A DNA stretch of 52,734 nt. Origin: a virus. The notes under the pieces were generated by a model. The model saw only the letters and a list, made by a program, of their open reading frames with translations. It did not search any database and was not told the origin of the DNA. The stretch lies in the IMG/VR virus record IMGVR_UViG_3300030399_000018, one strand, 5' to 3'. Made by a program: the position numbers and the translations under genes. Shown piece by piece: positions 10,076 through 18,275 of the stretch; the first letter of the stretch is position 1, and every line of letters starts with the position of its first letter.

Positions 10076-10442
10076 TCAGAATGCCGTTTGGTCCGTATGG
10101 AAGGTCGTCCCATTTGGTCCCCTTCTTGCTCAGAGCAGAAAGAAACATCCAACAGCAACCAAGATGATCAATGTGAGGTAGGCCCGATTCGCCATCAAGA
10201 TACTCACCTTTCTTGATAGCCCCAAGATGGCGCTCCATAGCAGCAACCAGCCTACTATAGTTAATACCTTTGGCCCAGTTCCAACTGGCGTATTTATTTG
10301 AACCAAAGGTAAGTACGGCAGCCAGCCCCTCCAATGCCCAAGGATCGAGTAGATCCATTCTAGGCTTGTCTGTATCATGCTTGGTCCCACCTGCATGTTG
10401 ATCGGGGAATAGATCCCCTTGTGCGTCTGCTTTAAATCCCAT
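10062..10442 (-). CDS. DUF5664-type (dATP/dGTP diphosphohydrolase N-terminal-like, MazG-related) nucleotide pyrophosphohydrolase
   Basis: KHDTDKPRMDLLDPWALEGLAAVLTFGSNKYASWNWAKG...SGLPHIDHLGCC matches my memory of that family (K.D.GKPR..L.P..al..va.VltfGa.KY...NW..G). I chose the ATG at 10442; the ORF track starts at 10502. Confidence 0.7.
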   Translation of the reverse strand: MGFKADAQGDLFPDQHAGGTKHDTDKPRMDLLDPWALEGLAAVLTFGSNKYASWNWAKGINYSRLVAAMERHLGAIKKGEYLDGESGLPHIDHLGCCWMFLSALSKKGTKWDDLPYGPNGILNETS

Positions 10443-10641
10443 TGTACAAGTCTCCGGTATCGGCCAGAGAGCTGGTGTAATCGCCGCGATTAATTCTATC
10501 ATTTAGATCCAGTATCATTGACGCCAAGATGTGAAACGTACTGGTGTTGGCGTGTTGCCAGTCAGTCAACGTACCGCTAACCAATGCTCGGCCAGCGAGT
10601 TCAATCATCTGCTGCAACTCAGTATAATCTTTAGCTTCCAT
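10432..10641 (-). CDS. Hypothetical protein
   Basis: 69-aa ORF in the operon frame chain. Its start overlaps the upstream gene end. Confidence 0.45.
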   Translation of the reverse strand: MEAKDYTELQQMIELAGRALVSGTLTDWQHANTSTFHILASMILDLNDRINRGDYTSSLADTGDLYNGI

Positions 10642-11395
10642 AGCGCTTCTTCAAGTAGTTGAGGGAGACTTGCATGGCGTCAAATTCTCCGTTGTTGACT
10701 TCGTGGAGAACCCAGATACCCCGCCAATAGTTGTTACCTTGTGCACCCAGGTAATCTTCATCATGTTCATAACAACAGCCTGCAAAGATACCCGTAATCT
10801 CCGTACCATCGGCTTTCTGTCCGTAAGCGATGCCACGATTCTGTACGTGGCCCATCACTGCTGACATATGCCGTTTTGTAAGAAGCGCTGAAGGACTTGC
10901 AACTGGACGTCCCATGACACCGGAAGTGAAATAATGGCTGTAAGCAATACCATCAATAACACAAACCTCCAGAAAAGGTTTAACTTCCCACCCATAGCGT
11001 TCATAACCCAGGTCATCGACACTAATAGTCCCATCGAGCTTAGGATCACCATCAACCACACGATCAATTCGATTCTCATGATTTCCGAGTGTCAGTACCA
11101 TCCTAGGTTTGTATTGTTTCTTACCGTTCTTGCGGGCACGTTCGTTGAACTCATTCATAGGCCCCAGGAGACGCTGCATAGCCTCGTGGCTGGCCTCGAT
11201 GTCTGCGATGTACCTACGACCCTCAAACGACTTACGACCTACGTCATAGGAACTAAGGCTAGCCATATCCGCAAAGTCGCCTATGTTCACAATTACCTCA
11301 GGCTGTTTCTCGACGATGTAATGGCCGATGCGTTCTAGGTAATCGTAGTTATGGTCCGGCTTTACTTGACAATCGGGCAGCACTAGATGTTTCAT
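10631..11395 (-). CDS. Calcineurin-like metallophosphoesterase
   Basis: VNIGDFADM (GD motif) and LGNHENRID (GNHE motif) are present, plus later His-rich motifs (YSHYF, MGHVQ). Confidence 0.85.
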   Translation of the reverse strand: MKHLVLPDCQVKPDHNYDYLERIGHYIVEKQPEVIVNIGDFADMASLSSYDVGRKSFEGRRYIADIEASHEAMQRLLGPMNEFNERARKNGKKQYKPRMVLTLGNHENRIDRVVDGDPKLDGTISVDDLGYERYGWEVKPFLEVCVIDGIAYSHYFTSGVMGRPVASPSALLTKRHMSAVMGHVQNRGIAYGQKADGTEITGIFAGCCYEHDEDYLGAQGNNYWRGIWVLHEVNNGEFDAMQVSLNYLKKRYGS

Positions 11396-11583
11396 TGCTT
11401 CCCCTCAGGAAGTTCATGCAGATCGTGGATCGCATGGGTTTCTGTGCTTGCAAAGATAGGGTGTCCTGATTCAATCAAAGTATCAAGGCCCACCTCAATC
11501 ACGTAAGCCAACTCAGCACCTTCAAGGATGCCTTGGAAGACCACACTACCATCCTCCCGTTCCACAGTTCGCTTTACTCGCAT
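11392..11583 (-). CDS. Hypothetical protein
   Basis: 63-aa ORF with a 4-nt overlap onto the downstream gene. Confidence 0.5.
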   Translation of the reverse strand: MRVKRTVEREDGSVVFQGILEGAELAYVIEVGLDTLIESGHPIFASTETHAIHDLHELPEGKQ

Positions 11584-11617
11584 GAGCGGCGCTCCACCGC
11601 GATGTTATCGCTTTTCA

Positions 11618-11773
11618 TTAAAGGGCCGCAACCAGTGCTGCGCTTGCCTCGGCTATCGTAGCGTAGTAGGTTTCGGTTTCAACAGCCCCTTCCGTTGCGG
11701 TGGGCGGGACAAAGAGAACAACAACAAACCCATTAAGGATCTGTCGGATTACTGCTGATGCCATTGAATTCAT
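11618..11773 (-). CDS. Small hypothetical protein (51 aa)
   Basis: The ATG at 11773 forms an ATGA overlap with the endonuclease I stop. The longer ORF-track version (to 11836) would overlap endonuclease I. Confidence 0.4.
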   Translation of the reverse strand: MNSMASAVIRQILNGFVVVLFVPPTATEGAVETETYYATIAEASAALVAAL

Positions 11774-12156
11774 TTGAACCATTCCTTTGGAATAGAGTCT
11801 ATCGTAGCCCATTTGATCCCGTGCTGGTCGCACCACTCGCCATATGTAGTCTTAGAGACTCGGCTCAGTTTATTATTGGGATTCTGGAACACTAGATAAA
11901 CAGTGATGTCGGGATGTTGTTCTTTGATATGAAGATGTTTAGCACGATCTTGTGCTTTGAACAGTCCCTTAGTTTCGATGTACACACCCTCTTTTACTTT
12001 GAAGTCTGGGTTGTATGTGTGTGTTACTTGATACTGGAGCTTATCTGTTTCGTATTTTAGTTTTGGATAAGCTTGTGCAAATGTTTGCTCGAACTTACTC
12101 TTGTATGGCTTGATCGAGTCTAACTTCTGTTTCCTTCGGGAATTCCCACCAGTCAT
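11770..12156 (-). CDS. T7 gp3-type endonuclease I (Holliday junction resolvase)
   Basis: HTYNPDFKV..GVYIETKGLFKAQDRAKHLHIKEQHPDITVYLVF...TTYGEWCDQHGIKWA...IPKEWF parallels T7 endonuclease I (HTYTPDF..GIFVETKG...DRKKHLLIREQHPELDIRIVF..TSYGEFCEKHGIKFA..IPAEWI). Confidence 0.9.
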   Translation of the reverse strand: MTGGNSRRKQKLDSIKPYKSKFEQTFAQAYPKLKYETDKLQYQVTHTYNPDFKVKEGVYIETKGLFKAQDRAKHLHIKEQHPDITVYLVFQNPNNKLSRVSKTTYGEWCDQHGIKWATIDSIPKEWFK

Positions 12157-12799
12157 TGTCTTTTTTCATTATCCAAAGTAATTTACCGTTTCGTAGAAGT
12201 CGTTCGTCATCGTTGTATAGGGCTTGAACTATCTCGAACATGTCCCATTCGTCTTCTACGTCATTAATATACTTACCCGCTTTTACCGGCCCAATACCCC
12301 GGATACCATGAACATTATCACTAGTATCCCCAGTGAGAAGCTGCCTATAAAACAGGCGTAGTCCGTCAAGAGGATCGACCATATCAAACTCATCTCGTCT
12401 CCAGTTGTAGTGACGACCTGCGATCTGCTTAAGGTCTTTGTCTATGGAGCAGATGATCGTGGTTAGCGGTTCCGCTTGGCTTTGATTGATGCCCATCTCA
12501 TCGTCAGCCTCATTACCGTCGGAGACTCTGGCACCCCACTTAGTGACCATGTAAGCATTAGCCTCGGCGCGGAACACTGGCGGTATTTTGTCTTTCCTGT
12601 TGGCTTTGTATTCTGGATCGATTTCATAACGTTTGTTGTTGTCGCCTGTGATAAAACATTGGTAGGAGTCGGCACGCGTGGTGTTGAGTATTCGATTCAT
12701 TAGGTCATCGATGTCTCGTACCACAGCGTCCCAACCGTACTCATTGTTGTAGGCGGCACAGGAGAACGCTACAATATCAGCATCCACCAATGCTCGCAT
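12095..12799 (-). CDS. 5'-3' exonuclease / flap endonuclease (FEN family)
   Basis: VDADIVAF, YKANRK, EADDEMG and DKDLKQI are present, plus the H3TH motif LLTGDTSDNVHGIRGIGPVKAGK. Confidence 0.9.
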   Translation of the reverse strand: MRALVDADIVAFSCAAYNNEYGWDAVVRDIDDLMNRILNTTRADSYQCFITGDNNKRYEIDPEYKANRKDKIPPVFRAEANAYMVTKWGARVSDGNEADDEMGINQSQAEPLTTIICSIDKDLKQIAGRHYNWRRDEFDMVDPLDGLRLFYRQLLTGDTSDNVHGIRGIGPVKAGKYINDVEDEWDMFEIVQALYNDDERLLRNGKLLWIMKKDNDWWEFPKETEVRLDQAIQE

Positions 12800-12802
12800 G
12801 AT

Positions 12803-13021
12803 TTAGGCTGCCGGGGGAGTAGTCGTTTCCGTCGGAGCAACAACTACCGGAGGCACCACAACCGTTTCCGGCTTCGGATCAGCCGCTGCTGCGGGAGCTG
12901 CCGGCTTGGCCGTCACACCAAACATCGCATCCAGCTTCTGTTCAATACGCGTGAATGCTGCTTTGATGTCAGCCAATTCTGCTACAACTTTTGCTTTAAA
13001 CGTCGAGAAAAAAGTAAACAT
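12803..13021 (-). CDS. Hypothetical protein with a Pro/Ala/Thr-rich C-terminus (72 aa)
   Basis: I chose the internal ATG at 13021 (MFTFFSTFKAK...) because the longer ORF would overlap the SSB gene by 113 nt. Confidence 0.45.
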   Translation of the reverse strand: MFTFFSTFKAKVVAELADIKAAFTRIEQKLDAMFGVTAKPAAPAAAADPKPETVVVPPVVVAPTETTTPPAA

Positions 13022-13085
13022 TTCTAATATGTCCTTAATTTGTGTTAGTGTTATAAGTCGTGTGTACAGCCGTGCTGCAAATGGT

Positions 13086-13676
13086 TCAATAAGGAATAGA
13101 ATCTTCCATATCTTCGATACTTCCCACATCTTTACGAGCGGTGTCTTCAGCTTCTCCACTACCAAAAACAAATGCCTCAAAACGCTCAGCAGTTGCAATT
13201 ATGTCATCCACGTGAGGGGGAACCTTTGCTCCCGTTGTGAGAAGTTCAATCGCGTTGCTCAGACTTGACTGGCGAACAATAAAGATCTGCTTCTTCGCCC
13301 GTTCCTCCGGAGTTTCGTAGGTCGGCTTTGCAGTGGCATAACTTGCAGTACCAGTGCGAGCCGATGTCCCCGTCGTCGAACCAGACCCACTTGTGCTCCC
13401 CGAGGTCGCACCGCCGCCGTGATTTCGAGTTGCGGTCGTCCATTCCCAATACTTCTCCCCTTTAACCAACTCAACGTCATACACTTCCAACGCCTTTGCG
13501 TCTGCCAGCACCCTAAACGTAGTCCCTTCGGTCTTGCTGAAGGACATAAGCTTCTTCGCACCAACCTTACCACCATCACTCAGATTCTTGTATGCTACTT
13601 CAAGCATCTGATAACTACCCTTGGCAGTCGGTTTCGTTTCACTGGTTACTGATAAAACCTGAACTTGAATACTCAT
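13086..13676 (-). CDS. Putative single-stranded DNA-binding protein (T7 gp2.5-like architecture)
   Basis: It has an N-terminal beta-rich domain, a G/S/T linker and an acidic C-terminal tail ending in an aromatic residue (GSIEDMEDSIPY). It sits between the polymerase and the exonuclease and has its own promoter and SD (AGGAGATTGAATG). Confidence 0.6.
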   Translation of the reverse strand: MSIQVQVLSVTSETKPTAKGSYQMLEVAYKNLSDGGKVGAKKLMSFSKTEGTTFRVLADAKALEVYDVELVKGEKYWEWTTATRNHGGGATSGSTSGSGSTTGTSARTGTASYATAKPTYETPEERAKKQIFIVRQSSLSNAIELLTTGAKVPPHVDDIIATAERFEAFVFGSGEAEDTARKDVGSIEDMEDSIPY

Positions 13677-13700
13677 TCAATCTCCTAAATGTATATATAC

Positions 13701-13730
13701 ATCTTAACACAATTTAATAAGGCTTGTCAA
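13701..13730 (-). promoter_or_regulatory. Sigma70-like promoter upstream of the SSB gene
   Basis: The minus strand reads TTGACA (13730-13725), an 18-nt spacer, then TAAGAT (13706-13701). It is embedded in the last codons of the polymerase gene. Confidence 0.5.
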
Positions 13731-14436
13731 CTTTAACCATATCAAGAGTGTTCATTCCGACTTTCACTTCACAAGCTAAGGGCACTGTCCAGTTAATCTT
13801 GAACGTCCGATTCAGGTTGCTCACCAGATCGTCGAACACCTCGTAGAACAGCTTTACAACTTGGTCCACATACTTCTTCTCGCAATCCACTACGATTGAA
13901 TCGTGGACCGTTGAAATCAACAGTACCGGAATACCAAGAGCCTTCAACCGGCGTGAGAAGCTGATACGGGCGATCATCATTACATCGGCACCTGTCCCCT
14001 GTACTGGGTAGTTTGTTAGAGTTGTCCATGGTACTTTGAGTTCTCCGTAGCGATCTCGCGTGATTTTGATAGTCCACTCTCGTCCTGACGGACCGACGAG
14101 CGGTCGACCAGCCATGACCTCTTCCGCCCAGTGCTTATGTGTCGCATCAAGTACTTTGTATTTACCATAGAATTTTTCTCCTATTCCGTCCCAGAAAGCG
14201 GGACTGGTGGACACGTGCATGAAATCCGGATCCACTGAAAAGGCGTAGCCGCTCCCTCGGAAAATAGTGCGGAAGAGGTAGATCTTTGCAATGAATCGAC
14301 TAGGTAGGTTAAAGGCTTTTTCGTTGAGGCTGTGCGGATCTTGGCCTTCAACAATCTCCTTGATCCCAACCGGGTCTTGGCTAAGCTGCAAGGCTGTGCG
14401 CCACTCCAATTGGCTGGCATCACACGCTACCAGCAT
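13714..14436 (-). CDS. Family-A DNA polymerase, C-terminal fragment (palm motif A onward)
   Basis: It starts MLVACDASQLEWR, which corresponds to Pol I motif A (DYSQIELR). Downstream it has QGTGADVM (motif B region) and VHDSIVVD (motif C, HD). Confidence 0.9.
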   Translation of the reverse strand: MLVACDASQLEWRTALQLSQDPVGIKEIVEGQDPHSLNEKAFNLPSRFIAKIYLFRTIFRGSGYAFSVDPDFMHVSTSPAFWDGIGEKFYGKYKVLDATHKHWAEEVMAGRPLVGPSGREWTIKITRDRYGELKVPWTTLTNYPVQGTGADVMMIARISFSRRLKALGIPVLLISTVHDSIVVDCEKKYVDQVVKLFYEVFDDLVSNLNRTFKINWTVPLACEVKVGMNTLDMVKVDKPY

Positions 14437-14563
14437 TAGATTCCTTCAGATCCCGTGTCTTGACAGCATGACTCAAAGCCTCATATTCTTCCTTACTCAA
14501 GTTCATTATGAAGTCCTGGAAGGTGTCAGAATACTCCAGCTTTACAAAGATATTACTCAACAT
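14420..14563 (-). CDS. Small ORF (47 aa) filling the gap between the two polymerase fragments
   Basis: Hand translation gives MLSNIFVKLEYSDTFQDFIMNLSKEEYEALSHAVKTRDLKESNAGSV. Its stop overlaps the start of the polymerase C-terminal fragment. Confidence 0.3.
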   Translation of the reverse strand: MLSNIFVKLEYSDTFQDFIMNLSKEEYEALSHAVKTRDLKESNAGSV

Positions 14564-14585
14564 CTTTTCTTCGTTGACAACGTGC

Positions 14586-15725
14586 TTAGTCACTATATCT
14601 GCTCACGAATAAATCAGCAGCTTCCCCATCAAAGTTCTGCTGGTTGGGTTTAGAAGCACTGAGGCGACCGCTGACGGCCACGCATTGATTCAGTTGACCG
14701 TGGAGTACACCTGGTTCCCACATCTGCTCTCGGTTGACTTTGATGATCCCTTCATATGTTTTAGACAATAGGGTATCAAGTCGCACCTGACGCTGGATCA
14801 ACTCAATGATTGCTTTGGTAGCTTTGTTGCCTTTGAGTTTGAGTAAGGTATCTTGATTCGTTGCCCAGAATCCCTCCTTCTTTAGTTCCGACCCACGCAG
14901 GGGTGTCACTAATCTGGGAAGTTCGTGGAGAATCTCGATGTTCTTATATTTAGGTTCCCCTACTCGTGCTCCGCTTTTGAAGAAGCCGATGTGCTCCTTA
15001 CCTTCCTCCACAATTGTTCCACCATAAAGAAAGGCAGATAGCTGATCCCCACTACCGAAGTTAATAGGCACGTTAGGATAAATGCTAGATAACTTCTCGG
15101 TGATGCGTTGTATCTCTCCCTTAATCTCCTCCGCACGTTTATGACATAACTCCTCGTCGTACACCAAACCATTTTTCTCCATAGTCTGAAGGATCAATAG
15201 ATCCATGCCCATGAGATTGACCAAACGTTTCTGGTTTTGTGTTAACAGTTCTTGTTGTTTATGATACAAGGCCAAGGTCATCTTGGCATCCCAGATAGCA
15301 TACTCCTCTAGGATAGGCCACGGCACATCTTCCGTTTGGATTCCTTTAGCCCAATACTCCGTCTTAACAACGTCTAACTTATGTCCAAGATCATGCCGCA
15401 CGAGGGCATCCTCCAACGAAGGATACCTCTCCGTTTGTCTACTTAAGATGAACTCGCCGGTTTGGGTGTCGTGGACTCGGCAGATTTCTGGGACTTCGAT
15501 TCCAATTTTGTTGAGCCAATGGATATCAAATTTAATGTTGTGCCCAATGAGAACTCTAGCTCCGAGAATCTTGTCTCTAAGGATTTCGATGCTATCCGAT
15601 GTAACCTTATTTGCTCCCGCAGAAGTCTCATCTGCCCAGCTATAACATACAATTGTGTTTCGTCTATCATAGGGCGCACCATTGTTGTGTGTGCTCGTCT
15701 CTACATCTACGCATAGTGCACTCAT
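14586..15725 (-). CDS. Family-A DNA polymerase, N-terminal fragment (3'-5' exonuclease, thumb and fingers up to the pre-motif-A region)
   Basis: VDVETS (Exo I) and IGHNIKFDIHWL (Exo II) are present. It ends SGRLSASKPNQQNFDGEAADLFVSRYSD, which corresponds to Pol I TGRLSS.DPNLQNIP....IR.AF. Confidence 0.9.
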   Translation of the reverse strand: MSALCVDVETSTHNNGAPYDRRNTIVCYSWADETSAGANKVTSDSIEILRDKILGARVLIGHNIKFDIHWLNKIGIEVPEICRVHDTQTGEFILSRQTERYPSLEDALVRHDLGHKLDVVKTEYWAKGIQTEDVPWPILEEYAIWDAKMTLALYHKQQELLTQNQKRLVNLMGMDLLILQTMEKNGLVYDEELCHKRAEEIKGEIQRITEKLSSIYPNVPINFGSGDQLSAFLYGGTIVEEGKEHIGFFKSGARVGEPKYKNIEILHELPRLVTPLRGSELKKEGFWATNQDTLLKLKGNKATKAIIELIQRQVRLDTLLSKTYEGIIKVNREQMWEPGVLHGQLNQCVAVSGRLSASKPNQQNFDGEAADLFVSRYSD

Positions 15726-15913
15726 TAATCATAAAATGCAGTCGTAGCTACGTCAAACCGGAAGCCCTTGATACCCTCGTCAATAAACTTCTGGGTGTGG
15801 GCACCGGCCGTCTCCACTGCGTCATCGTAGTTCATGAAGATAGCCACAGGAGTTTGATCTTTTCCATCACAGCTACGTACCACCACAAACGCCACTTCCT
15901 GTTTCTTAGTCAT
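15725..15913 (-). CDS. Hypothetical protein
   Basis: 62-aa ORF with 1-nt and 8-nt overlaps onto its neighbours. Confidence 0.5.
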   Translation of the reverse strand: MTKKQEVAFVVVRSCDGKDQTPVAIFMNYDDAVETAGAHTQKFIDEGIKGFRFDVATTAFYD

Positions 15914-16433
15914 GTTTAGCTATGTCCACAATAAGGTGAATGCGATCACTGTCGCCTTTGTTTTGTACACTGTGCATCAAAGAATTATCAAACCAGAAAG
16001 CTGTGCCACCTAGTTCGTTAAGGACTTCATCACCACACATAAAAATACTATCAGCATCGGTAAGGCATAAATGATATCGGTTATACGCATCCGTGTGGTC
16101 CTTGAGGTCTATATGGGGATAGATAACTTTCCCTGGCTTAAGGCGAGTCAACACCATGCGACCCAATACAGCGTCGTCTTCTGTGTACCCCAGATGTTCC
16201 AAGAAGTTATATACAAAATCTCCCAGCTTTTCAAGTTCCCCTGACGCTGGATAGCATCCTTTGTTATCTTCTTCATCAATATCAAAGATCAGCAGAATAT
16301 CATCAGCTTCTTTGTGAAAAGAATTACCTTTGGTTCGAATATCATTCTGGTTCCACAAATGTTCCTTGTCAGCTAGTTCCTCAAGAAGAGGTCCAGCGTC
16401 GAAGTCAAACTCCAACAACTTAAAGTTTTTCAC
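15906..16433 (-). CDS. Aspartyl/asparaginyl beta-hydroxylase-like 2OG-Fe(II) cupin oxygenase
   Basis: YPHIDLKDH...NRYHLCL...WFDNSLMHSVQNKGDSDRIHLIVD matches the Asp_Arg_Hydrox pattern (H.D ... R.H.PL ... FD.S..H...N....R..L..D). Confidence 0.75.
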   Translation of the reverse strand: MKNFKLLEFDFDAGPLLEELADKEHLWNQNDIRTKGNSFHKEADDILLIFDIDEEDNKGCYPASGELEKLGDFVYNFLEHLGYTEDDAVLGRMVLTRLKPGKVIYPHIDLKDHTDAYNRYHLCLTDADSIFMCGDEVLNELGGTAFWFDNSLMHSVQNKGDSDRIHLIVDIAKHD

Positions 16434-17662
16434 ATTAAATCCTGATATCTGGCAATGGTTGGATCAATCAGTGTTTCAAATCTTCCGTGGCGCATCTCGG
16501 GCTTGCCGTCTGGATCACCAACAAGTTTGTTCTTGGACAGGTGCATGAAGCGTAAGTTGTCATACCCAGGCTCATTCACTTTGCCAATGCCCAAAATCCA
16601 ATCCGCCTCAGCTTGTTTACTTGTCTTGGCGTTAGCCACATTACCCATGGTAAGCCACTTTTGACCCTCTCCCGATCCATCAGATTGGCACACCCCCACA
16701 ACGGGGCAGTACGTCTTCGCAAGTTCACGCGCCCATATGTAGATCGCCCCAAGGCGGAGATCTTCCCGGTCGGAATCAAAACCCTTGATCTTGTCAATTT
16801 GATCGAATACAACGAGAGATGGTTTTTGGATCGAACAGATCTTTTCCACCTGCCTCCAGTGGATACTCGCCGAATCTTTGAGTTTGATATTCCCATGAGT
16901 TACCTCGTGATATCGTCTGTGGTTCCCCGGCATATCCCGTAACAAAGTTACCATGTCAATCCCTAGGGCTGCTTGGTAACAACGTAACATTACTTCTCGG
17001 CCAACCTGCTCATTATTGAACCAGAGAATCGGACCCTTAGCTTGCGAAGCCATGTGTGTAACTTCCGAAGCGAGGAACGTCGTCTTGCCTGTTTCGGGGC
17101 GTGCAAATACAAAACCAAAATTACCCTGTCGAAGCGAACCAAGAGCCTGATTAAGACTGTTAAGACGCCATCGCAAACCTTCCACAGCACGACTTGCATT
17201 AACGATCTCGATAAGATCATCAGATACGAAGTCATCCAAGTCACTATCTTTAGATGCATCTCCTTCACCTGTTTGTTTAAGTGCCTCCAGCTTGGCTAGA
17301 ATGCCCTCCATTGGCTTGCGGCCCTCTGCTGCATCGTAGGCATCCAGCGATAGTTCCCGTAGGAGCCTGGACGTTTGTAGGCCGTCTATTAATTTCTCGG
17401 TACTTTCCAACGAAGCTTCATTCTTCCTGATAGCTTCAAATACATCTTGATAGAACTCTATCTTACCACGATTCGTTGAGAAATACAAGTTAGATAGATC
17501 ATCTACTGTGATACTCTCGTGGTTGTCACCAAGAAAGTGGGCATCAATAGTACGTAGGATTGGATGTAGGTCTTTGGAGAGATCCTCTACATCGATTCTA
17601 TCACGTATACCATGGTAAGTCGTCTTGTTCAGTAGGTGGCGGATTACGCTCAGTTCGCTCAA
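16430..17662 (-). CDS. DnaB/T7 gp4-type replicative DNA helicase
   Basis: It has Walker A (FARPETGKTTFL), Walker B (LVVFDQID) and a DnaB-like N-terminal helical domain. Confidence 0.9.
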   Translation of the reverse strand: MSELSVIRHLLNKTTYHGIRDRIDVEDLSKDLHPILRTIDAHFLGDNHESITVDDLSNLYFSTNRGKIEFYQDVFEAIRKNEASLESTEKLIDGLQTSRLLRELSLDAYDAAEGRKPMEGILAKLEALKQTGEGDASKDSDLDDFVSDDLIEIVNASRAVEGLRWRLNSLNQALGSLRQGNFGFVFARPETGKTTFLASEVTHMASQAKGPILWFNNEQVGREVMLRCYQAALGIDMVTLLRDMPGNHRRYHEVTHGNIKLKDSASIHWRQVEKICSIQKPSLVVFDQIDKIKGFDSDREDLRLGAIYIWARELAKTYCPVVGVCQSDGSGEGQKWLTMGNVANAKTSKQAEADWILGIGKVNEPGYDNLRFMHLSKNKLVGDPDGKPEMRHGRFETLIDPTIARYQDLM

Positions 17663-18074
17663 TAAAAACCTCCATCGCTTGAGCTATCTCCTTTTCGGAG
17701 AATTTTACACGTCCCACAGGCTTGGCCTGCTTCGGTACTTCGTTACTAATCTTTTGAATTAACGTCTCGTGCGCTGCAAGCGCGGCGTCCAGTGAAAGGA
17801 AAGGTCCAGCATTGTAAAACTTACCGTTGTGTTCAACGGAAACTTCCCAGGTATCGTTAGCGTAATTTTTAGAGATACCCTTGACTCCGGTACACGTGGT
17901 ACGTCGGCGTCGTCTATACTTCAAGTGTTCAGCATGCGTCTGTAGCTGTAGGTTGGTCCACTGATTGTTGAGGGGATTACCGTCGAGGTGACGGACTCGT
18001 TCAGGGGGGACCACACCAGTCATGTAATACCATGCGAGGTTACATGCTAACCACAATACTCCATTAACACACAC
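17601..18074 (-). CDS. HNH-AP2 homing endonuclease (free-standing). The reading frame is open upstream to 18236 without any ATG.
   Basis: HLDGNPLNNQWTNLQLQTHAEH is an HNH_3 motif and GVKGISKNYANDTWEVSVEHNGKFYNAGPFLSLDAALAA is AP2-like. The in-frame upstream extension IKELKEQIRYDLVSGYFFWIVSKRGRSLTTPAGTIDHFGHRRV is the usual N-terminus of this family. Confidence 0.8.
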   Translation of the reverse strand: MCVNGVLWLACNLAWYYMTGVVPPERVRHLDGNPLNNQWTNLQLQTHAEHLKYRRRRRTTCTGVKGISKNYANDTWEVSVEHNGKFYNAGPFLSLDAALAAHETLIQKISNEVPKQAKPVGRVKFSEKEIAQAMEVFIERTERNPPPTEQDDLPWYT

Positions 18075-18246
18075 CCTACGATGACCGAAGTGGTCAATTG
18101 TACCTGCTGGTGTTGTTAGGCTTCTACCTCTTTTAGAAACAATCCAAAAGAAATATCCAGATACTAAATCGTATCTGATTTGTTCTTTTAGTTCTTTTAT
18201 ATTAATAGTTTCTTTTATATTATAGCTCTCCTCATATTATGTAACT

Positions 18247-18275
18247 ATTATCTCACAGAATAGAAGGGCTGTCAA
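18247..18275 (-). promoter_or_regulatory. Sigma70-like promoter immediately upstream of the HNH-AP2 gene
   Basis: The minus strand reads TTGACA (18275-18270), a 17-nt spacer, then GATAAT (18252-18247). A GAGGAG SD follows at 18233-18228. The spacer shares 13 identical nt with the early promoter at 36431-36459. Confidence 0.6.

Noticed and set aside
9078-10442. Z-genome (2-aminoadenine) pathway, suggested by the HD plus MazG-like pair
   Set aside because: No PurZ or adenylosuccinate-synthetase-like ORF (GDEGKGK-type P-loop) exists anywhere in the window.
14437-14585. Intron or intein interrupting the DNA polymerase
   Set aside because: No conserved polymerase residues are missing at the break, so it is not an intein. 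At 149 bp the insert is shorter than the self-splicing group I/II introns I know of. The downstream fragment has its own ATG. I treat this as a true split gene pending RT-PCR.
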